The translations under genes and the position numbers were made by a program. Shown here piece by piece: positions 58,238-64,000 of a DNA stretch of 64,000 nucleotides. Position 1 is the first letter of the stretch. Each line of letters begins with the position of its first letter. The notes under the pieces were generated by a model that saw only the letters and a list, made by a program, of their open reading frames with translations, was not told the DNA's origin and did not search any database. Source of the DNA: an uncultured Acidimicrobiales bacterium (GTDB taxonomy: Bacteria > Actinomycetota > Acidimicrobiia > Acidimicrobiales > UBA10347); the NCBI GenBank assembly GCA_937941245.1, contig CALDYC010000019.1:4708-68707 (forward strand), given 5' to 3'.

Positions 58238-60268
58238 TTAGCGTTCGCCGACGCCGAGCTTCTTTTCAAGGCGTTGGCTGTACTTGGACATGGCATAGGC
58301 ACCAATGAAGTAGACGGCGCTGATGAAGAGCAGGCCCGGTTTGCGGGTGCCGAGAAACTCGGTTTGAGCCGGGACGACGTCACGAGCCATACGGAGAAAG
58401 TCGAACACACCGACGATTGCGAGGAGAGAGGTCTCTTTGAACGTTGCGATGGTTTGGCCGACCAACGGTGGGATCGAAACCCGCAGTGCTTGGGGCAAGA
58501 CGATGAAGCCAGTTCGTTGAACGGTGGTGAGCCCCAGAGCGTCACTGGCTTCGTACTGGCCACGCCTGATGGCCTGCATGCCGCCGCGTACGTTCTCGGC
58601 GAGATACGCGGCCGAGAAGAGTACGAATGCAATCGTCACTGCAGCCATGAGCGATAGTTCCATGCTCCCTGGCAGGAAGATGTTTACGAACACGGTGAAG
58701 AAGAACAGCATGGTGATCAGGGGAACGCCACGGAATGCTTCGATGTAGACCGTTGCCATGACCCGGAAGAGCGGCATGCGGCTGGTACGTGCGAGAGCGA
58801 GCAGCACGCCGAGTGGGAAGCTGAACAACATGGTGAACAGGGCGACGTAAATCGTCACCATGAATCCGCCGGCGAAGTCTTCGCTTGGTGTTTCGATCGA
58901 CGAAGCGGTGTTGATGAGCGTCACTAACAGATGGAAGATCGTGATGAAGCCGACCCACCCGACCACGAGTTTCATGCGTTGACGGGCTTCGCCGATGAAG
59001 TTCGGTGCAAGGAGCGCAGTCAGGCCGAGGAAGAGGACACTCAGCCTGACCTTTTGCAGCATGGAGAACCAACCGAAGAAGGCACCGACCCAGGTGAACG
59101 CAGCTGCGGCGAGTACAACGACGGCGAGAATGCGCCCGATCTCACCGAGACCTGGTCGTGTCAACAGCCAGAGCAATGCGCCTCCGAGTCCCGCGAACAG
59201 AACCCATAGCGGAAGGTCGGTAGACACGACGTGTGCCCAGTCCATGATTGGACCGCGCAGGATCGCGTAGTACGTGAAGAATGGTGCAAGCAACCACGCT
59301 GCAGACAGTCCAATGCGAATGGGGCCAGATGCGGTTGCTCGGGCGAGTAGCCGTCCGCCCAGATAGGCCACGACGAGCAAGACGAACATGATGGTCCAGG
59401 GAATTCGGGTGCTTGTGGCGACGAGTTCGCCCGGCCCGTATTCGAAGCCGCCCTCTTCGGTGAACGTGTAGTGACCCCATCGATACCACCAGGTCGTGGA
59501 CACCAACAGCCCAATACCAGCGAGAGCCAGTGGAATTGCGGGAACGAAGGTGGTGCGACGACGCAGATCGCCAAGTACGAACCAGATAGCGGCACCAATC
59601 GCAAGCAGCGCCAGACCAATAATCCACCAACCGAGACGATCGCCCATCGCTGCGCCGAAATTCTCGCGCAATGCACTGATTCCGGTCGATGGTGCAGGAT
59701 CGTTGTTCTGATAGACGAGCGAGTTGTTGGTATCGCGAACGAGTTCGACACCGCGGCTGTCGGCAAAGCGTGTTTCGCCATTGCTGTCGGTGAGCACCGA
59801 CGGTTCGCGGAGCAAGACACCAAGAACAATGAGCCCGCCCCAGCTGAACAGCCAGGTAGCGATGCGCTTGAAGGAGAATCCTGGCCCTACCTTGGTCATT
59901 CCAAGACTGAGACCAGCCAGCACCGCGACGACGCCGACCGTGACCCATACCCGGGTGTAGTTCTCATCTGGATAGGCCTGGGTGAAAAGCAACCGCAGAT
60001 TGATGCGGACAGAGTCCCAACCGGCATTCTCGCTGAAGATGAAGTTCAGCACGGCTCGGTAGGCGAGCAACGCAAGTCCGGCAAAGATCACCGTGAGGAA
60101 TGTGCCGCGAACGATCGCGCCGATACTGCCTTGGCCGGTCCCGAACAGGTTCTTTCCGGCCCATTCGAGCGGAGGAAGGCTCGGCTCGTCGGGGCGGACC
60201 GCAAGTTCTTCGTCGGCCCCAGCGAGGACTTTTTCGAGGTCGATTTCTGATGACAATAGATCTGACAT
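58238..60268 (-). CDS. Amino-acid ABC transporter permease (AapM-like, greatly extended N-terminal TM region)
   Basis: C-terminal third has the PAAT permease core (YIEAFRGVPLITMLFF...). Start chosen at ATG 60268, with GGAG 7 nt upstream and 1 nt after the upstream stop. The track start 60298 is an alternative. Confidence 0.85.
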   Translation of the reverse strand: MSDLLSSEIDLEKVLAGADEELAVRPDEPSLPPLEWAGKNLFGTGQGSIGAIVRGTFLTVIFAGLALLAYRAVLNFIFSENAGWDSVRINLRLLFTQAYPDENYTRVWVTVGVVAVLAGLSLGMTKVGPGFSFKRIATWLFSWGGLIVLGVLLREPSVLTDSNGETRFADSRGVELVRDTNNSLVYQNNDPAPSTGISALRENFGAAMGDRLGWWIIGLALLAIGAAIWFVLGDLRRRTTFVPAIPLALAGIGLLVSTTWWYRWGHYTFTEEGGFEYGPGELVATSTRIPWTIMFVLLVVAYLGGRLLARATASGPIRIGLSAAWLLAPFFTYYAILRGPIMDWAHVVSTDLPLWVLFAGLGGALLWLLTRPGLGEIGRILAVVVLAAAAFTWVGAFFGWFSMLQKVRLSVLFLGLTALLAPNFIGEARQRMKLVVGWVGFITIFHLLVTLINTASSIETPSEDFAGGFMVTIYVALFTMLFSFPLGVLLALARTSRMPLFRVMATVYIEAFRGVPLITMLFFFTVFVNIFLPGSMELSLMAAVTIAFVLFSAAYLAENVRGGMQAIRRGQYEASDALGLTTVQRTGFIVLPQALRVSIPPLVGQTIATFKETSLLAIVGVFDFLRMARDVVPAQTEFLGTRKPGLLFISAVYFIGAYAMSKYSQRLEKKLGVGER

Positions 60269-60269
60269 C

Positions 60270-61814
60270 TCAGCGCTCCACGATCGCAAGGCGGACATTG
60301 AAGAAGTTCACAACCACACTGATGGTGAGCGAACAGGCCAGGTAGAAGAGCATCCAGATGGCGAACACTTCGAGGTTCTTTCCGGTCTGGTTGCCGATCG
60401 TTTGCCCGACCTGCACCAATTCGCTTGCGCCTACAGCGATTGCAAGTGAGGTGTTCTTGGTCAGGTTGAGGTACTGATTGCCGAGAGGAGGAAGGCTGAC
60501 TCGGAAGGCTTGGGGGAGGATGACTCGGCGCAACATGGTTGCGCGCCGCAGACCAATCGCCTGGGCGGCTTCGGTCTGGCCCTTTGGCACGGCCAAGATG
60601 CCTCCGCGGACGATTTCGGCAATGAAGGCTGCGGTGTAGAGCACGATGCCGAAGAAGACGGCCGCGAAACCAGCAGAGAAGTTCAGTCCAGCTGAGCCCG
60701 GGTTCGCGAAACGACCTTCAGCGAAATCGGGACGAGCGGCACCGAGTGGTCGGTCGTTTTGCCACGAGTCACGGCCTGCGCCGAATTTGTCTGAGGCAAC
60801 CTCGAACAGATCGCGGGTTGAGTTGATGAGCCAACTTGAGCCACCTGGCCATACGACCCAGATCACTGCGGCGGCAATCGCAGCGCCGACGCCAGCGAAG
60901 ATCATGCGGAACCAGTCGTCATCGGTCAATTTCGCGAGACCAGCGGGAGTGCGCCGACTATTGAGGAATCGACGGATCCAGTTCACGGCCAACACAACAG
61001 CGAGCACGGTTAACGCGATTTGCATCGCTGCTTGTGGAATCTTGTCGACCGCTTCAGCAATCGTGCTGAAGACACCGTCGAGCCATCCGAAAAGTGGGTG
61101 GAGGAACCAGCCGATCACGCCGAACACGGCAATGACGGCGACCAACGATCCGAGTGGGTAGGTCGTCGCTCCGGTTTCGTCTTGCACTCGTTGTTGGCGT
61201 CGCCGAACAAGGTTGCCAACAACTGCGCCGATGAGCAGGAAGGTTAGCCATTGGTAAAAACCATCTGCTTGGAAGACCCGAGGGACCGAAACTCCCTTGT
61301 TCGAAAAGTGAACCCAACCGTTCAATGGACCCACGTCGTCGCTGAACGAGGGAGCGGTTTGCATGATCGCAAAGAACAAGATGATGTGAACCAGAAGTGG
61401 GATGTTGCGCATGTACTCGATGAATACGCTCGCAACCTTTGAGGCCATCCAGTTCTTTGATAGGCGGGTCACGCCGACCAATATGCCGAGCAGCGTTGCT
61501 GCGACGATGCCGCCAATGGACAGTCGCAAGGTGTTGACCATGCCGGCCCAGAGGGCGCGACCACCAGTGTCGGGATCGTTATCGATGGTTCCGTTGAGGT
61601 TGATGCCGGGGTCGACGTCGAGGAAGTCAAAGCCGGTCTTAATGCCCTTAGCACTCACATTGTCGCCCGCTTGTAAGGCAAGAAAGATCAGTGCGAACAG
61701 GACGACAACAAGTGTCGCAACTTGGGCAATCCACTTAACGACGGTTGCGTCTCGGTAGAACGGCGGACGCTGCGACGCGGTGGTCACGAGTGTTTCTTGA
61801 GCGGTGTCAGACAC
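60270..61814 (-). CDS. Amino-acid ABC transporter permease (AapQ-like)
   Basis: FIEYMRNIPLLV..., ...GQTEAAQAIGL and LPPLGNQYLNLTKNTSLA are typical PAAT permease motifs. Confidence 0.85.
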   Translation of the reverse strand: MSDTAQETLVTTASQRPPFYRDATVVKWIAQVATLVVVLFALIFLALQAGDNVSAKGIKTGFDFLDVDPGINLNGTIDNDPDTGGRALWAGMVNTLRLSIGGIVAATLLGILVGVTRLSKNWMASKVASVFIEYMRNIPLLVHIILFFAIMQTAPSFSDDVGPLNGWVHFSNKGVSVPRVFQADGFYQWLTFLLIGAVVGNLVRRRQQRVQDETGATTYPLGSLVAVIAVFGVIGWFLHPLFGWLDGVFSTIAEAVDKIPQAAMQIALTVLAVVLAVNWIRRFLNSRRTPAGLAKLTDDDWFRMIFAGVGAAIAAAVIWVVWPGGSSWLINSTRDLFEVASDKFGAGRDSWQNDRPLGAARPDFAEGRFANPGSAGLNFSAGFAAVFFGIVLYTAAFIAEIVRGGILAVPKGQTEAAQAIGLRRATMLRRVILPQAFRVSLPPLGNQYLNLTKNTSLAIAVGASELVQVGQTIGNQTGKNLEVFAIWMLFYLACSLTISVVVNFFNVRLAIVER

Positions 61815-61873
61815 CGATAATCCCCCCGGATGAAGATGTGTGCGCAGGGTAGCGCAACGCTGACGGTGGCTCA

Positions 61874-61907
61874 GGTGCTGCGAACAACGGAAGTCGTTCG
61901 CAGCACC
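61874..61907 (-). other. Intercistronic 12-bp stem hairpin between the binding-protein and permease genes
   Basis: ggtgctgcgaac (61874-61885) pairs with gttcgcagcacc (61896-61907) around a 10-nt loop. No U-tract follows on the minus strand. Confidence 0.45.
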
Positions 61908-61965
61908 CTGGTCACCGTTGGAACGTCGTCAGGCGTCGCTCCAAGCGATGGTTGTATGAGCTAAA

Positions 61966-63216
61966 TCAGCGTGCTGGTGGCGGGTACATGAGACCGCCAT
62001 TGGTCCAGAGGTCGTTGAACGAGCCGTCAAGGGTGATGCCTACGGGCGTCAGGTGACGGTCGAACATGTCGCTGTATGAGCCGACCTGGCTGATGACCTG
62101 GTAGAAGGCGTCTGCAGGAAGACCCATGAGGCTCTGCAATTCGCCTTCCCCACCGAGCAGTCGGCCAACTTCAGCGGTTGCTGGATCGGCTACTGCGCCG
62201 TCGACGTTGCTCTGGTTGATGCCATTCTCGTCAGCGATAAGGGTGGCGTAGACGGTCCAGTTGACGATGTCAGCGAATTGCGAATCGTTCTGTCCGTATG
62301 TTGGGCCGAGGGGCTCCTTGCTGATCGGGCTTGCTGGGAAGATGACCCAGTCCTGATCGGCTGGCTGCTGCTCTGCCTTACGACCAACGAGGCCGGAGCC
62401 ATCGGTGGTGATGATGTCGCAGCCGCCCGTGATGAACGTGTCGGTCACGATGTTGAAGTCTTCGAACGTCTGAAGGTCGATCGAAACGCCTGATGCATCG
62501 GCTGCGTCAGCGATGTTCTTTTCAGTGGTGGTGCCTGCGTTGGTGCAGACGATTGCGCCGTCGATGTCAGCAACAGTGCTGCTGGCGTCAAAGCCGTCGC
62601 TGGCTCGGGCCATGAGCTGCTGACCATCGAAGTAGGTGGTTGGACCGAAGTCCATGCCTACGTCGGTGTCACGGCTCTGGGTCCAGGTGGTGTTGCGCAT
62701 GAGAAGATCAACCTGGCCGGTCTGCACAGCGGTGAAACGCTCTGCTGCGGTCAGGGCAACGAAGTTGACTGCTTCGGCGTCGCCGAGGATTGCTGCAGCA
62801 ACGGCACGGCAGTAGTCAGCATCGAAGCCGACCTGCGAGCCGTCAGGCTGGGTGACGGAGAATGCGATTGCGGCGCCGGAGACACCACAGTTGAGTTCGC
62901 CACGACCAACGATGGCTGCGAGCGTGCCGCCATCCTGGGTCAGTTCGACCTCTGCTTCTTCCATATCGTCTTCAACCATGTCGTCTTCGGCCATGTCGCC
63001 GTCGTCGCCACCGTCATCGGTTGCTTCTGGCTCGTCTTCGGCCATGTCGCCGTCGTCGCTACCGTTGTCGCCATCATCTGATGAGGTTTCGGCAGTGTCG
63101 TCGTTGCTCGCGCTGTCGGCCGTCGTCGTGTCATCGTCGCTGCCACAGGCAACGGCGAACATGGCGAAGGCCAAGACAAGCGCAAGCAGCTTCGCGAGCG
63201 TGCTCTTGTTGTTCAT
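61966..63216 (-). CDS. Amino-acid ABC transporter substrate-binding lipoprotein (AapJ-like) with an acidic N-terminal linker
   Basis: Lipobox FAVACGSDDD, an ~80-aa Asp/Glu-rich linker, then a family-3 SBP core (GELNCGVSG...GFDADYCRA...). Confidence 0.85.
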   Translation of the reverse strand: MNNKSTLAKLLALVLAFAMFAVACGSDDDTTTADSASNDDTAETSSDDGDNGSDDGDMAEDEPEATDDGGDDGDMAEDDMVEDDMEEAEVELTQDGGTLAAIVGRGELNCGVSGAAIAFSVTQPDGSQVGFDADYCRAVAAAILGDAEAVNFVALTAAERFTAVQTGQVDLLMRNTTWTQSRDTDVGMDFGPTTYFDGQQLMARASDGFDASSTVADIDGAIVCTNAGTTTEKNIADAADASGVSIDLQTFEDFNIVTDTFITGGCDIITTDGSGLVGRKAEQQPADQDWVIFPASPISKEPLGPTYGQNDSQFADIVNWTVYATLIADENGINQSNVDGAVADPATAEVGRLLGGEGELQSLMGLPADAFYQVISQVGSYSDMFDRHLTPVGITLDGSFNDLWTNGGLMYPPPAR

Positions 63217-63380
63217 TTTCCCTCCAAGGTGTTCCCCTGCTCGACCGGAGTGCCGGGCGGGGTTTTCTTTGGTGGGGTGAGGGTAGTGCGGGAAGTGGAC
63301 GTGTGCGTCGCGTCACACCCTGTTCACATAGAATTGATCGAGATCACCGGCGGGTGCGGTATCTCTATCTCTCCACCGAA

Positions 63381-64000
63381 TCAGCCCGCTGATGCAGTGT
63401 GAGTGTCGGGCTCTTCGTGTGACCCGAAGCGAGCCCGGTCGATCCGGTCCCCAACCCATGAGATCAGGCCTTCTGCCCATGCGGGGGGAAAGAAGGCGAT
63501 ATAGCAGGCATACATCGCCCAGCTAAACGCTCCGACGAACAAGCCGAGATCGAACAAGAAGTGCATAGCAAGTCCGGCGACGATCGCGACCTTGCGGGTG
63601 CGCAAGTTCCAAAGGATGACCGGCAGTGCGATCTCAAGACCGAGCGTGGCCCAGGTGAAGAGGTTCACGATGATCAAGTTCTCGGTCACGAACTCGGGAA
63701 CCCAGACACGATCCATGGTGTCGAGTTTGAGCGCCATTGCCGACGCCAGGCCCTCGCGCCATGGAGCGCCGGGGATTTTTTCGATCACCGTGTTGGCATA
63801 GATCACGGTCAACTGAAGCTGCACCAAACGCATGGTCCACGCTGGCACCGTCGGCCAACTGCGACCGCCGTCGGTGGTGCGATTGCCGAACAGCGGCGTA
63901 TGCAATGCCGTGACTGGCATAACGAAGCAGCTGATCGCAAAAATCATGCAGAGAATGCGTATGAGACCATCACCGGCATTCCAGATGATGTTGTTCTCAT
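63381..64000 (-). CDS. Polytopic membrane protein, HTTM-domain-like (partial; 5' end probably beyond the right edge)
   Basis: The reading frame stays open upstream of the track start (ENNIIWNAGDGLIRILC-MIFAIS...) to the window edge. It has multiple TMs with a W/F-rich pattern resembling HTTM. Tentative. Confidence 0.45.
   Translation of the reverse strand, partial: ENNIIWNAGDGLIRILCMIFAISCFVMPVTALHTPLFGNRTTDGGRSWPTVPAWTMRLVQLQLTVIYANTVIEKIPGAPWREGLASAMALKLDTMDRVWVPEFVTENLIIVNLFTWATLGLEIALPVILWNLRTRKVAIVAGLAMHFLFDLGLFVGAFSWAMYACYIAFFPPAWAEGLISWVGDRIDRARFGSHEEPDTHTASAG

Overview
This window is the chromosomal replication-origin region of a high-GC Gram-positive genome of Actinomycetota type. 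The lineage call is an inference from gene order and protein motifs. I estimate GC at roughly 60% by eye and did not compute it. The core is the classic block sigM-like ECF sigma/anti-sigma, trxB, trxA, then parB-parA-rsmG-jag-yidC-yidD-rnpA-rpmH on the minus strand, then dnaA-dnaN-recF-DUF721(DciA-like)-gyrB-gyrA-DUF3566-tRNA-Ile. From memory this order closely matches Mycobacterium tuberculosis Rv3911 through Rv0007/ileT. To the left lie housekeeping operons: hspR-dnaJ-grpE-dnaK, purA-purB, tdk-dcd, galE, degV, ppiA, a TatA-family gene and an Rv0338c-like membrane Fe-S reductase. To the right lie a FliA/WhiG-type sigma factor, an acyltransferase, an RNB ribonuclease, a Crp-family regulator, a rhodanese and an Aap-type amino-acid ABC importer. 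I found no transposase, integrase, CRISPR array, rRNA or recognisable defence or toxin system, so this is mostly ordinary core genome. Ten points deserve a second look. (1) An A24 prepilin-type aspartic peptidase is translationally coupled between two ABC exporter genes. (2) A 1427-aa LAxTG sortase-substrate surface protein sits between purA and the dnaK operon. (3) An HD-GYP phosphodiesterase carries a C-terminal extracytoplasmic Pro/Thr linker and an Ig/cadherin-like domain. (4) rnpA has no canonical in-frame start codon, and its frame stays open across all of rpmH. (5) Four parS sites cluster in a 500-bp non-coding centromere region. (6) Jag/KhpB carries a ~147-aa RGG-rich insert. (7) The FliA/WhiG-like sigma gene has a sigma-28-type promoter upstream. 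(8) A low-GC convergent spacer sits where cwlM lies in mycobacteria. (9) The dnaA-dnaN oriC contains about five DnaA-box-like 9-mers and an AT-rich tract. (10) Short in-frame tandem repeats and low-complexity tracts recur inside otherwise conserved housekeeping genes. All product calls come from motif recognition by eye, and no database search was run.
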